Made by a program: the position numbers and the translations under genes. Positions 23,813 to 36,417 of a stretch of DNA of 37,407 nt are shown in pieces (within the stretch, counting starts at the first letter, position 1; each line of letters opens with the position of its first letter). Below the pieces are notes generated by a model. It was not told the DNA's origin and made no database searches. It saw only the letters and a list, made by a program, of their open reading frames with translations. The DNA is from Catajapyx aquilonaris (lineage: Eukaryota), in contig KZ539533.1 in assembly GCA_000934665.2 (NCBI GenBank), positions 1 through 37,407 on the forward strand, given 5' to 3'.

Positions 23813-24774
23813 TATTTATTCTTGAACGTATTCTTTGTTGTTGTTGTTGAGAGGCCTTCCTTGCTAAAAATTCAGAGTTATTGTTCCCTTGTCAATTCCA
23901 ATGCTGGAACTTCCTTTTACGTTAATTAGATCTTAATGCAAAGGAGGGTATCACCAAGAGACTAATGACGAAGTACTTTCCACCTGGCTTTCTCTTATAT
24001 CGAACAAAGTGTCAACCTGTGCCGTATTTCGGGGGAACTCGTATGGCAAGTGAAGAAATTTTAATTTCACTTTGGCCTGCTAATGGAATGGCTGCCATAA
24101 AGTGCTTTTGAATATCCATATGTCTTATGGAGGCAATGGGTGGAATTTTCGTCGTACTACTAGTTACTTTTAACTTAGCAGTACCATTGCATGACACTGG
24201 TACTGCTAAGTTAAAGGTAACTATTAGTATATAAGACGAAAATTCCACCGAATGACTACTACCAAGCTACTACTAGTACATCGTACTATTTAGACTGATA
24301 ATTTTTAAATAATAAAACATGCGCCATTTCGCACTCACTCCAGTGTAATGATTTCGTGGAATTCGCACTGTACAGCTGAGGCTGGTGGGATACTGTACAT
24401 GATGTGAGCCATCAAAAGGTACCTCATGACGATCAATTTACATCACCATTACATGCAGGTACCATTGAATTATGGAACGTTTCGCATTTCGTATCGGATC
24501 ACAATGAAATTAACACCGCCCCTTGGTACACCTCTTTGTTGTAAGATTTACATATAAATTTCGATGCTACGATGTTTCACAACGATCCGATAACGAATAC
24601 GAACTGCACACACAGTATTTTTATGTCGATCATACGCCCTTGTCTTGTACACTACACAGGGCTCTCTAACATGGTAACTTCTGTAGGTGAGGGTGGTCTA
24701 AAAGCACAAACACAAAACGCACAACCCGCAGAAACTAAAATAAGCATATACGAGTTGGTATATGCCAGGAGTAC

Positions 24775-24900
24775 CCATTTTTTCATGCAGCCAATCCTCT
24801 GGCAATTCGCAGTACGTCCCCGTGGGGTCAACATCGCCCAACTTGTACAATTGGGTGGGCCTTCCAAACTTGGACCTCCACTTGAATTTGGCCAAAGTGC
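24775..24900 (-). CDS. TMEM65: TMEM65 coding exon 2 (GTLAKFKWRSKFGRPTQLYKLGDVDPTGTYCELPEDWLHEKM)
   Basis: Acceptor atctctccag, donor G|gtactc; 126 nt, phase 1 to 1, open frame; resembles a segment I recall from insect TMEM65 proteins (not verified). Confidence 0.8.
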
Positions 24901-27900
24901 CTGGAGAGATAGACAAGGCTGGCAAAAAGGACAATTATTTTTCTTTCCCCCTTTGTTCTTCTCCCATCATCTCTCTTGCTTGAAGGAACGTCTCTTGTTT
25001 TTGCAAGAATTCGTGCGTCTGAAAGAAATGCAGTCAGTGGGTGTGGCCACGAACTTATTTCAGTTCCCTCTTCTCTCAGGGGAAGGATGAGTTCAAAGTT
25101 GGGCAGACTGAGGCAGACCTAATTACGCAATTCGTCAAAGTGGCCTATCTCATCCCGTAAGGGTAACGAGACGCCATCTCCGGGTGTTATGCCGCGGGGT
25201 TTTTAATAACCCTATTAATTTAATCTCAACATAATATTCAAGCCACGATTTTCCATTATCTGTCACAGGCATCGGTTGTAAATAATTTGAATTTGCGACT
25301 TGAACATATTACCCTGGCAGGAGTCGACAAATGGGTATATACAATATACAATTGCAATACATGTATCAAGATATCTGCTGAATATTCATACCAAAATGTC
25401 TTGCATTCATGTAATTTTGCTCCGTGTTTCTAGTCCGCGGAAGCCCATTTAGGTATTTAAAATATGTACAAGTTATACACATTTTTGGTCTATAGTGGCG
25501 TAAAAAGTTCTTCCGCTGTGCAAGTACCCGAAATATCCAGATAATAATCCATTAGAGCATTATGCTAATGCATTTCATGTCAGAGGTCATGTAATGACTA
25601 TGAATAATTAATTTGCTCCGCGTTTATCTCTGGGTTAAAAATGCATGCTCAATATTGGTTAATCCCTGCGTGTCCAACTAATGCTTCTACTAACGATCGT
25701 TTGAATAACGTGAAGTATGGGTATGAGCATACACTGTGGAAAAGCTATATATCTCAGCCATCCGAAGTTTCCAATTCGATCAATTTCTTTTGTGAATAAA
25801 TTACAATTACGTTGAGTTACTTATCGATCAATGGCATTCATAAACCGGAGCAATTTGTTCCCTCGGCAGAACAGTAATTTGCTGCAGTACCAGCCAAAAC
25901 TCTTGAATGCCGCATTCAACCTTCACAAAAAATGTTTTGGCCAAACAAAATGTGTACTTTTTACCTGAAACAGGAAATACGAGTTGAAAGACACATTCTG
26001 TGGCAGAAAACCACACATAATGTTCCCCATGACATATTATGTGCCATCCTTCCCCACGTGTGTCACCTTACACGTTTTGACGTGTCTTTGCACAGAATCG
26101 AATTAGAATATTGCAGTGTATGTGTATCATATGAAATGGCTCACAGTTATTGTGTCATTTGACACAAAACGCGTTAACGAGATTGTCTGGCACGTTTTTT
26201 GTGTGTATCATCTGACATACGGTACTGTCAAAGTGAACGGTATACAGTACCAAAAAAAATGTACAGTATAGACCCTAGAGTACTGTACAATCCTAAGGTG
26301 AAGCGCAAACATTGTGGAGTGTGTAACGTCGGCATATCTTCCGGGAATTAGGTAATTGAGAGTAACAGCGATCGTTTCACATCCATTATCTAAAATATCC
26401 TTGTTCGAAGTTGATATAGAAAGTACTTTAGTCTTGCGTTCAGGCGTATGACAGTTATGGCCTCGACTCTTCCACCGACGGAATGGACACGGGCAATTAC
26501 ATTCCGCTGTAAAGTTCTCTCAGTCCTCACACGTCAGGTTTATGTAGCCTATAGTTCGAATTGTTCATTCTGTGTGGAAACTCATTTCCATAAAATCGCA
26601 ACGCATCGTAAAAGCCTATCTGCCAGAAGCACGAATTATTACTTTATTATTATTATTTCAAAACCCAAGCTTGAATTCTAATTTTTCTGATCATACGAAA
26701 TGCACCGTAATAAAAACGGTACATTGAAGTCAAAATCTCATTAGACTCTCGTGGTGTCTGATAAGTGTCTAGTTTGTGCCGTATACCTTGAGTCAACATC
26801 CTTAGTGGGTAGCAACGAGTGCATCTGTGTACTCTTGTGGCCCATTGATTTATAAAGTGAAACAGTCAATATACCGGTATAAAAGATACTTCATCCTACT
26901 GCAAGCAAGTTATAGCGGTCCAGCACAATTTCTGCCCCATTTTGATCTCTTTAATGATCTTAGGCATTCTCCCAAGTGGCTACTTTTGGCTTGGAAGGAT
27001 CGTGGGAAACTTGCTTCTTAAGTCGTCACTATCCTCATCTGCCATTCACACGAGGCTTTAGGTGTCCAGTAGACAGGATCATGTATAATTAGGTGTTGTA
27101 CTGTACAGTGCTAGCAAAAGCTCACAGTGCTCTAAATCGTCCTCCTGAGATTAACTTAGATTTTTTCTCCTTCCATGCTCCCACTGTCATCCACCGACTT
27201 CGTACGATTGCGCAAGACCATGAAGTGTAATAATATGAATTATACGCAATGCGGTACACACCCAACTCCGACTTCCCGACCTGTTCTTTCGAAGAAATCC
27301 AAGAAATATATTACAGAGTTGTAACGATGTTTGGAGATGTCGCCAGCAAAGGTGGCAAGGGACAGCAGGCATAGAAATCGGACGCAAACTCAATTTAGAA
27401 AGTCGGTGATGGGGAATTGAGATCGAAATGATGCAAGAAATGTTCCAAAAATGTTATGTCCATCATTCTGAGGCGTGGGAATTCCACGAGATGTGCCTCC
27501 GGATCACATCCTACTCGCGAACTTCGGGATGTTAAATTACAGGAGAATAAACGAATATGTTAAAGGTACTGTACGTTTCGCCTTGATTTCATGTTTTGGA
27601 TACTCCCGAATTAACTCGATTGAACCCGCGCACTCTCTGCACCTATCCCAAAATCACAATTAGCTAATGCAATGGCACTGACGACTGCATACAATGCTAT
27701 GGCAGATCAAAAGCAGATTACGAATCCGACCCTATACACGCGTATGCAATGAGGGCAGCTGCTGTAGAGAATTCATCCTGACCTGCTCCCACGATATTCC
27801 GACAGATTATTTCGTGTTGAGTAGATTCGGATTTTTAAATGGGCCTTCGTGTGCTATTAATAATAGTCTCCGTTCTCCGTACAAAATCGCGTACTAGCAG

Positions 27901-28280
27901 GCAATAGAATACTTATCCGCATGCAGAACGTAGGACATGTTTGCCTGCTTGTACAGACCTACACCACGTTTCCTGAAAGTCTCTGCGAGATCCTCAGTCC
28001 AATTCCCAAGTTGGCCATAGTTACTGAACCTATCCTAATGACTAATGCATAAGGCATTTACCAGTAGGATGCACAAATACGAAGTTTCCTCTCGAAAAAG
28101 CACTGCCCCTCTTTCTTACTCTTTTGGCACAAAATGTATGTTAGGGGGTCATGCCATCATGGTCCTGTCGGACCTTTCTGTACCATACCGCAGACTTGGT
28201 GGCGTTGCGAGGCGGGGCAGGGGCATAAGTCGTAAAGAGCGGGGAGCAAGTGCGCCGCAGGCGAAATGGGGGGGGGGGGG

Positions 28281-28508
28281 NNNNNNNNNNNNNNNNNNNN
28301 NNNNNNNNNNNNNNNNNNNNNNNNNNNNNNNNNNNNNNNNNNNNNNNNNNNNNNNNNNNNNNNNNNNNNNNNNNNNNNNNNNNNNNNNNNNNNNNNNNNN
28401 NNNNNNNNNNNNNNNNNNNNNNNNNNNNNNNNNNNNNNNNNNNNNNNNNNNNNNNNNNNNNNNNNNNNNNNNNNNNNNNNNNNNNNNNNNNNNNNNNNNN
28501 NNNNNNNN

Positions 28509-28553
<45 letters not shown>
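28281..28553. repeat. Assembly gap (N, 28281-28508) between a poly-G run and a (GA)n microsatellite (28509-28553)
   Basis: Directly visible. Confidence 0.97.
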
Positions 28554-28555
<2 letters not shown>

Positions 28556-29215
28556 ACCTGCTCTGAAAAATGCACAGAAATGCCAAACTCCACAAAAGAG
28601 GGTCCCAGATTTCATTTCTGGCTATTGTTGAACCACGACTGCTGGTGAATATCCTGAAATCAGATATGACGTTTTTATCGAGCGAACTCTTTCTTCACCG
28701 CACAGTATTTTGCGTCTGAGATTGTAATGTTCGGGGACGAATTTGAAGACGTGCCAGTGTGGCTTGGTAATAGGTTTCCCACAAAAACAATTGAAACGTC
28801 AATATTGCACAGTGTCGGCCATTTTTCTTTCGACTTACGCCGGAAAGGAGTGGGGAGTGCCATAAATCTTTCAAATGTACAGGACTGGACAGGATACACT
28901 ATACTATAGATCGGGACACTCACGATTCTGTTGGTCCCAATACACCTGTCAAAAGTAGGTCAGTGGTACGGTATATTTTCGTTAGTATGGTATTGGACAA
29001 CATGGTATTATAACAGTAGCTCATATGAAACTATTTCTACACACTTTTGTGCCACAATTTGTGATAAAAGTGCAAAAAATGCATTTAGAATTTTCTAGTC
29101 TTATGCACATGTTAGTAATTGGTATTGACAGTTTTAGAAAGTGTTTTTCTCATCCTGGTTCTCAATACCGATGCCTAGTATAAGAAGATGTCCTGCTGAG
29201 TGATGTTGTTCCTAC

Positions 29216-29708
29216 CCTGATAACACTCCCTCCTCTCCTCTGACTGGAACTCCTGAATGGCAGTGACGAGTGCGACCCTCTCCTCCGGGGTCAGCCTGAG
29301 TATCAGGTCCTCCGCCTGAGACTTGTTCAGCGGGGGCTTCAGAGTGGGCTTGCCGCTCTCGGTGAACGTGTCCGTGTTCAGCATCCTCCTGCTGCCTCCT
29401 CCCGTCGAACAAGAGGATAAGGAAGGTGGTGAGTGGAACCCCGCCGCCGCCCAGCACCGGCAGAGTAGCGGGCTGCCCGTGGCCAGCTGTGGGCCGGCGT
29501 TGCGGGCAGACGCGGTAAAAGTCCTGGCCGAAACGGGCGCGCAAATGACGTCACTGGTCAAGTGTGTGCTTTTGCGGGGGAGGAGGGTCGTCGGGATGAG
29601 AACGGGCGATGGTGGTGGTGAGGAGACGTGGGAGATGGGCCTGGTGGTCAGGGGTCGGGTCAGGAGGTCGGCGAAGGTGCGGGCCAGGGAGGACAGCGAG
29701 CGTCGCAT
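29216..29708 (-). CDS. TMEM65: TMEM65 first coding exon with mitochondrial-type presequence (MRRSLSSLARTF...RECYQG)
   Basis: ATG at 29708; Arg/Ser/Thr/Leu-rich N-terminus; QAEDLILRLTPEERVALVTAIQEF matches the TMEM65 pre-TM helix; donor G|gtagga; 493 nt. Confidence 0.88.
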
Positions 29709-30298
29709 GGTCGACACTGCTGGGCGACGGTCGGTCGAAGGGGGGAATCAGCGCGTGTGTGCGTCGTCTGCAACCCACCACGTCCGCTTCGCTACTGGCG
29801 GACACGACAAGGCAACGAGGGCCGCCGGATAGGACCACTGCACGGCGCCTGCGTTCCACTCACTCCCTTCCTCCACTTTAACCCAGATGGTACTGGGATT
29901 CCTCAACAGACTGGTTTAGAACACCAGAAAATATACTTGGTGCGATAAATAATTAAGGTTTTCAGTGCGCGACCTTGGTATGGCGTAGGGTGCTTGGTAG
30001 GCTGCATGACGCGGGCTGTTTCGGATGCAGCCCAGGGCATTGTTTCATGAGCATTTTCTTCCTTCCATTCTGGCTCCGGTTTCCCTTGCTGTTGCTGGGC
30101 GTGTGGTGCATCGCAGGGAATTAGCTGAGGTGAGTTGAGGCCCATTGGTTGTAGTCTGATCCGCAGGTGGCATCCATTACAGTACCTGCAGTTCACATAT
30201 CATTTTTGACCAGCAGCAGTGTTGGTTTGCAAGGTGTCATCTTACACAGCTGGAACACTTAAAATGCGTATTGTTGCAGGTGAAAAGGGATTCTGAAC
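29709..30298. promoter_or_regulatory. Short divergent TMEM65/CSN5 promoter region with probable CSN5 5'-UTR intron (30130-30279)
   Basis: Start codons 590 bp apart, head-to-head; donor gag|gtgagt at 30130 and acceptor ttgttgcag at 30279. Confidence 0.7.
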
Positions 30299-30877
30299 AT
30301 GGCAGAATCCCAGGCTGAGATTGCGCAGAAGACGTGGGAGTTGGCCAACAATGTGGATGCTCTGGCTGGTTCGGCAGTGGACGAGATCTACCGATACGAC
30401 AAGAAGCAGCAGCAGGACATCCTGACGGCCAAACCATGGGACAAGGACCCACACTTTTTCAAGGACATTAGGATATCTGCATTGGCGCTTCTGAAGATGG
30501 TGATGCATGCCCGCTCAGGGGGCACCTTGGAAGTGATGGGCCTGCTTCTGGGCAAGGTGGATGCAAACACCATGATGGTGATGGACTCTTTTGCCCTACC
30601 TGTGGAGGGTACAGAAACCCGGGTCAATGCTCAGGCCCAGGCTTATGAGTACATGACTGCCTATATTGAGGCTGCAAAGCAGGTTGGGAGGCTGGAGAAT
30701 GCCATTGGGTGGTATCACAGTCACCCTGGGTATGGGTGTTGGCTCTCTGGGATTGACGTTTCCACCCAGATGCTAAACCAGAACTTTCAGGAGCCATTTG
30801 TGGCCATTGTCATTGATCCTGTTAGGACTATCTCTGCTGGGAAGGTCTGTTTGGGTGCATTCAGGACTTATCCAAAG
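30299..30877 (+). CDS. CSN5: COP9 signalosome subunit 5, coding exon 1 (MPN+/JAMM domain)
   Basis: JAMM motif [16 protein letters not shown] and [15 protein letters not shown]; donor AAG|gtatag. Confidence 0.98.
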
Positions 30878-31320
30878 GTATAGTATTGGTCCCAGAGTTG
30901 CCTACACCAGGTGGATCCTGGATCCATACAACTAAAACTAGTGCTAAAACTGCCCATATGCAGACCCCATTAGTGCGTAGTAACCTTCATGAGCAGGTAG
31001 TCAGGACGTTAAGGGACTAAACTGTGAATTTGGTGAGGCGAGCATGAAATTTGGTACAAATGTCCCTGAGACCATACGCTTCAAATTCGGATATGGCGCC
31101 ATGCCCGTTTCGGCCCCAGAGGCCCGTAATTGCAGGTTGGCTACATTGAAGTAATCTTTAAAACACATGCATGATATTAAAATTTGCAGGAATGTATTAG
31201 ATTTTGACATTCTACAGTACTCTGGAAATCTAAATGATGAAAAAATAACCCAGCATTCTGTACATTTGCCTCAAATCAAGGCCCTAACCTGGTGCTTTTG
31301 CATTGTCTTGTGTGGAACAG

Positions 31321-31518
31321 GGTTACAAACCTCCAAATGAGGAGCCCTCTGAGTACCAAACCATCCCCTTGAACAAGATTGAGGACTTTGGAGTACATTG
31401 CAAGCACTATTACTCCCTGGAGGTCACATACTTCAAGTCATCGCTGGACAGGCGCCTGCTCGACTCCCTGTGGAACAAGTACTGGGTCAACACACTCAGC
31501 TCCTCCAGTCTTCTCACT
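31321..31518 (+). CDS. CSN5: CSN5 coding exon 2
   Basis: [31 protein letters not shown]...[17 protein letters not shown]; cag acceptor, gtatgt donor; 198 nt. Confidence 0.97.
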
Positions 31519-31870
31519 GTATGTTTTCACCCCTTTACTTACTCTGGCAATGAGCATTGTGCTGTCATATTAGTCCAGCATCCATGCAGAGTGTCTAATG
31601 GTCCTGTGTGATGCAAGTCCTGCAGGATTTTTTTTAAACATTTGAGTCAAATCTTGTCGTAAATTCTACATTTGATGTTTCAATGGACTTATAGAACAAG
31701 TTGTCAAATAGTTGCCTTCCTCTACTCTAGATGTGTTGCTTCTAAAATTCATCCAAATTATCGGGACAGCTATCAGATAATAATTTGCACGTCAAAAACT
31801 ACTCAAAATTCACATACTTGGAAACTACGTCACCTATTTTGGTACTCACCAACCTGCGCCACTTTTCCAG

Positions 31871-32110
31871 AATGCTGAATACACCACTGGCCAAATATCA
31901 GATCTGTCAGACAAGCTTGAGCAGTCTGAGACTACCCTGGGCAGGGGAGCCTTCATGCTGGGGATGGACCCACATGAGAAGAAGGGGGAGGACAAGTTGT
32001 CCAAGGCCACCAAGGACAGTTGCAAGACCACCATGGAAGTCATCCACGGCCTCATGGCACAGATGATTAAGGATCGCCTCTTCAACCAGGTGCAGGCCAA
32101 GCTCAACTGA
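31871..32110 (+). CDS. CSN5: CSN5 coding exon 3
   Basis: [18 protein letters not shown]...[28 protein letters not shown]; acceptor ttttccag; TGA at 32108-32110. Confidence 0.97.
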   Translation, partial: NAEYTTGQISDLSDKLEQSETTLGRGAFMLGMDPHEKKGEDKLSKATKDSCKTTMEVIHGLMAQMIKDRLFNQVQAKLN

Positions 32111-32156
32111 TGATTGCTTCTCATGTTCTATCACACCGTTTCGTTTGAACACACAT

Positions 32157-32199
32157 AATAAAAACACATTGTGGGTGGTGATTTTTCAGCCATTTTATT
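32157..32199. terminator. Opposed poly(A) signals: AATAAA plus (32157-32162, CSN5) and minus (32194-32199, LAPTM4-like)
   Basis: Both hexamers visible between convergent genes. Confidence 0.6.
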
Positions 32200-33154
32200 T
32201 TGACTACCCCAATTACAATCTTTGGTCTTCCTAAAAACAGGGTGAGGCAACAGAGAGGGCGTATCAATGTGTTGCAGGATATCATCCCTCTACTGATCCA
32301 AAGTGGCCATGTCAGTGCTTGCTCTTTCTCCCCCTCACCGTTTTCAATTTACATGAGAGATTAAGCATGTTGATCTGGATAGCCACCATACAAGCAACTA
32401 CTTCAAAACTACCACTTCCCAACTAGATGCCAGATGGTGCCAATTTATGTGGTACAGCACCACTCAAATGTGGAATATGCTCTCTCCTGATCTTGGAATA
32501 TCAATTTACAATGTGCAATAGAATATTGTAAGTGAAATCTAAATCTTTAAATGGACGAGAAAAAGTGACAAGTCTATCCCACTTACTTAGGGAAAAAAAA
32601 AAAGTGGGCGGTCCCACTAGTCCCTTCGACGGCCATCTTGTAAATGAAAAAATCTGACCCTGACTAGTTGACTTGCAAAATGGGAAAAAAATATAATGGA
32701 AAATTGTATGTGCTTACACATGTAAAGGTCGGTTTATACATGGCGACCCGTCAACTAACAGTTGGATATCATTGCTCTGAAGCTATCTTGACATAACAAC
32801 TAGAGTCCAAAATATTAGCAGTGGATCAGTCTATATTTTTTAAAATATATTGACAGGGGAGGATAAGGTGATCATAAAGCTTCTGAAAACTCAACAATAC
32901 TCATTTAGGAACATACTGCTCATAGATCACGACGTGTATGCAAAGAAAAATAAAGACTTGAGGTGCAGATAATTGAAACCTTGATACCCACAAATTTGGA
33001 AAATCATAAATACCTGTACCTGAAAAAATGTCACTAGTTGCTATACACGAGAGGAAATGAAAGAAAAAATAGGCCATGCGTACATCGATGTTACATATTG
33101 GACAGAAACAGGTTAATTTAGATGCCGTTGAATTTCACTTTCCCTGGACATACA

Positions 33155-33511
33155 TTAGGCCTGAATGTCTCCCTTCCCTTGGGCTGGTTGCTGCCCCTGG
33201 GCCAATACAACCTCTCCATCATCCTCTGGAGGCAGATTTACCACTGCTGAATATGGGGGTGGTAGTGATCCGGCAGCCATTTCATGCCCCCCCTCCATAA
33301 TAGCTGATGTCATGATCAGTGGCTTCTTAGCATACTGTGGGTCATTGATAGCTGTTTCATAGTCTGGGAGGTCGCAGGAGGCTAGCAGCTCATTGCGGCT
33401 CTCAGCTGAGCCACCCCCGGTTGGATCAATGAAATGGATTACGCCCTCAGAAGCGCGGTGGCACAAGCTCAGGTACTTGTAGCAGTTCCACACCACACCA
33501 ATGAAGTACGC
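33155..33511 (-). CDS. LAPTM4: LAPTM4-family protein, last coding exon
   Basis: AYFIGVVWNCYKY; PY-type motifs LPDY and LPPPY; acceptor ttttaaaag; TAA stop; 357 nt. Confidence 0.92.
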   Translation of the reverse strand, partial: AYFIGVVWNCYKYLSLCHRASEGVIHFIDPTGGGSAESRNELLASCDLPDYETAINDPQYAKKPLIMTSAIMEGGHEMAAGSLPPPYSAVVNLPPEDDGEVVLAQGQQPAQGKGDIQA

Positions 33512-33618
33512 CTTTTAAAAGAAACATTGGTCTCAGACAAACATGCTACGAAATAAGGTGCAAACCTCAATATTCAAATTGGTTAGAAAGGCTTCCGTAT
33601 ATATCTAATTACACTTAC

Positions 33619-33775
33619 CTTGACCATAATGGTGAGTATGAAGGTTAGCAAGATGAAAAGCCCAACCAGCTGTGGGTCCATCCTCAGAAGCTCCTGCTGC
33701 CAGGGGAGATTTGGGTTGGCTGCAATCAACTGATGCACATCAGGCAGATACGAGAAGTACCCAATCATCGTCAAG
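33619..33775 (-). CDS. LAPTM4: LAPTM4-family coding exon 4
   Basis: SLTMIGYFSYLPDV...LFILLTFILTIMVK; acceptor ttgacag, donor AAG|gtaagt; 157 nt, phase 2 to 0. Confidence 0.92.
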
Positions 33776-33845
33776 CTGTCAAGTATAAATCATTGTAGCA
33801 GTGCACATTCTAAGATGAGAAGAAAATAGGCTGAGCCATCCTAAC

Positions 33846-33984
33846 CTTGAAATGCAGAAGTCAAACACTTGCAAGCAGAAGAAGGGCATGAGGTAGGAAG
33901 GCTTCCCCTTGACGGCTCCATACACCATCAGCACGGTGATGGCAAAAGTGCAGAACGTCACTGCAATGCCCACGTTCAAATCCT
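33846..33984 (-). CDS. LAPTM4: LAPTM4-family coding exon 3
   Basis: Family motif LMVYGA...LMPFFCLQVFDF; acceptor ttgcag, donor AG|gttagg; 139 nt, phase 1 to 2. Confidence 0.93.
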
Positions 33985-34718
33985 CTGCAAACACCACAAC
34001 AATCAAATTCGCTAACAAATCCCACTTGCCCCAATACCCTCTGACTTTGCTATTTCAAGTCATGCTGCAGGCCTACTGTAGTGCATCATATAGAATTATA
34101 GATCACCCAAAATGACCTTGAATACCCATGTACATTATCCAGTCACTTACTTATTAACTCCATGCAGGACTTTCAGGTTCATGTGCTGCTAATCTTCCTT
34201 CACACATTTACCCCTAATCTCACAGCCATATAATCCAGAATTTCATATCCTCAAATTTAGTTGGTAAAGTAAATGTCTGCTTCTGAGCACAGTATTCATT
34301 CCAGACAAGGCACAAGAGTTTTTTATACTTTCTTGTTTGCAATTCAATTTCGTGATATCTGTTTTCTCGATATTTAATTTTCTTTCATGCACTAGAATCT
34401 TAGAAAGAATACTTCTTAAACCAAACCTGCACGTAGTGGATTCTTGTAAGGATCAGCCAAAGGGTCAGCCATTTTACAACAAATGGAGCACAGCTTCGTT
34501 CTAGGTCATACGATCATTCAACTGCCTCGAATGAACATGCAGACATTCACCAACATCAAAGCAACGGTATTATTATTCAAACAGATGGCATATTATTTCC
34601 ACACCTGCTGCTGAATGGCAGAACCTGGATTCTTACAAATACCTGCAGCATTAGCAACCTTCATGCAAGCCTTCTTGAAGCATTGGATACTGATCTAAGT
34701 TCCACAAGAAGTACATAC

Positions 34719-35058
34719 GGCAGTTAAGCCTGCGCTTAGCCAGCATGTCCCGGAACAAGTAGCTCTCCCCATCCAGCCTTCCAGTCCTTCCACCAGATGT
34801 TTTCCCACTGCTCTTCTCATCGCCATTTTCACCAGCGGAGAAGCTGAGCTCAAAGTCATTGCCTACTATCTCCAGCAGAGGCTCATCAACCTTGCTCAGT
34901 GGGGTGGGGAGCATCGGATTGTTACCACCATTGTTGGCATTCCCACCTGCTAGGTTGATCTCCCGGCCTGGCATGCCCAACTTATTTCGCTCCTTCTCAA
35001 GTACTTCTGGATGGAGGAGGATCACGGCTATGACCGAAAGGGCCAGAATGTGTAGAAC
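34719..35058 (-). CDS. LAPTM4: LAPTM4-family coding exon 2 (end of TM1 and long first luminal loop)
   Basis: VLHILALSVIAVILLHP...LPTPLS...RRLNC; acceptor ttttcag, donor C|gtatgt; 340 nt, phase 0 to 1. Confidence 0.9.
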
Positions 35059-35140
35059 CTGAAAAATAAACACCACCCGTTGATTGGTCATTTAGAAAAC
35101 CATTGCGCCAACATTCAATCTTTACACCAGTGCACTAGTG

Positions 35141-35371
35141 CAGTGCTTCCCAATTTCTTTTGTTGGCGAGCCCAAAAAATCGTCTCGTAAAATTTGCGAC
35201 CCCCTACATATGTGCACATTTCAATCCGCCTACATGAAAAGACAGGTAAACAGTGAAATGACCTTACCTTATGGTCATGATTTTCACGAAATACTGTATA
35301 GCATAATTTTGTGAAAATAATTTGTGACTCTCCATTGCGACCCCGAATATTATTTTCGCGACCCCAAAAGG
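35141..35371. mobile_element. hAT (Charlie-like) MITE fragment
   Basis: Begins CAGTGCTTCCCAA and carries repeated gcgacccc subterminal motifs; right TIR not found. Confidence 0.45.
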
Positions 35372-36312
35372 TGAAGCAAAGTGCACATGGGAGTAGTCAC
35401 ACACATAGATTTTCATGTTTCATGTGAGAGCAATTTCCATAAGTTCAGGCATATGACTCACAAACAGCTATTACAATTTGTCAATATGATTCTAAAATCT
35501 TGCAGGTTCTAAATTCATGAGCCTGACTTGAAAATTCTAAGGTTTTGTGAACCAGATTCAAAAGATCAGAAGGTAGGGCTCTACTACATCATTACATAAC
35601 AAGAATCCCTCCATCACCATACAGTAATACCCGATTGACCCTTTCTCCTTCAAAGGGTATTGTGTAATTTATAGATGACCCTTGTGCCAAATATTCAATG
35701 AAGTTACACTAGCATAATTAATACTAATAGCTGCTGCATCACCATCATCCAACCCTAATTACCGCTTCAGTGGTGGTACATGCTCAGCACAATGCAATAA
35801 CACTAATTACTAGATTAGTAGTGTAATACCTTCACTTTTGGCAAACAGGTAATTATCAGTATGTATTTATGATAAAATGCCAGTGTTTCAAAGATTGCAT
35901 GCAGAAATGATTGTCCCTTAATGCTGACACTGCATCAGTAGTAATTACACTCACACACACACATCCACAGAATCCACGTTCTAGGGCTTATTTTTCCCTT
36001 TCATATTGTCTTCAACTACATTAGTGACGACATAAGTTTCAAGCATCTAAAGTTCTGTTTATGACAAATTACTGCTGCTTTAATTTTTGTCTGAAACTTA
36101 CGTTGCATGTCAATTAACTGGGCTTAAAATTACCAACAGCCACGTAACTGGCCTGGGGTTCTTTTTAATCCCAATTTAGGTTACCTCCTGCTCAAGTGAC
36201 AGCTTACATAACTGTCACTAACACCAACCAATAATATCATGGTCGAGTTTACTTTGCCACACAGTAACCCTGGCAGAAATTACTCTACATAAACAGGAGT
36301 AAGAGGCTGTAC

Positions 36313-36417
36313 CAGATGCCATATTCCGAGGAAGATGGTCCCGGTGCGTACGTGGCAGCAGAAGCAGCACCGCCAGGCTTCCCCTCCTCTGTCCCCGCTG
36401 AATTTAAACTGCATCAT
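36313..36417 (-). CDS. LAPTM4: LAPTM4-family first coding exon (MMQFKFSGDRGGEAWRCCFCCHVRTGTIFLGIWHL)
   Basis: Diagnostic CCxCCHVRTGT motif; donor CTG|gtacag; 105 nt. Probable 5'-UTR intron 36452-36721 (gtgagt...ttgcag). Confidence 0.95.

Noticed and set aside
23558..23929. Poly-His ORF (and the poly-Asn/Ile ORF at 7627-7824)
   Set aside because: Microsatellite translations with no gene context.
28045..28648. Several long ORFs across the N run
   Set aside because: Artefacts of translating the gap and (GA)n repeat.
29323..29948. Multiple overlapping ORFs around TMEM65 exon 1
   Set aside because: Expected shadow ORFs in GC-rich coding sequence; no recognisable homology.
31233..31300. C-box-like ATGATGA in CSN5 intron 1
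   Set aside because: No D box (CTGA) or terminal stem downstream; snoRNA unsupported.
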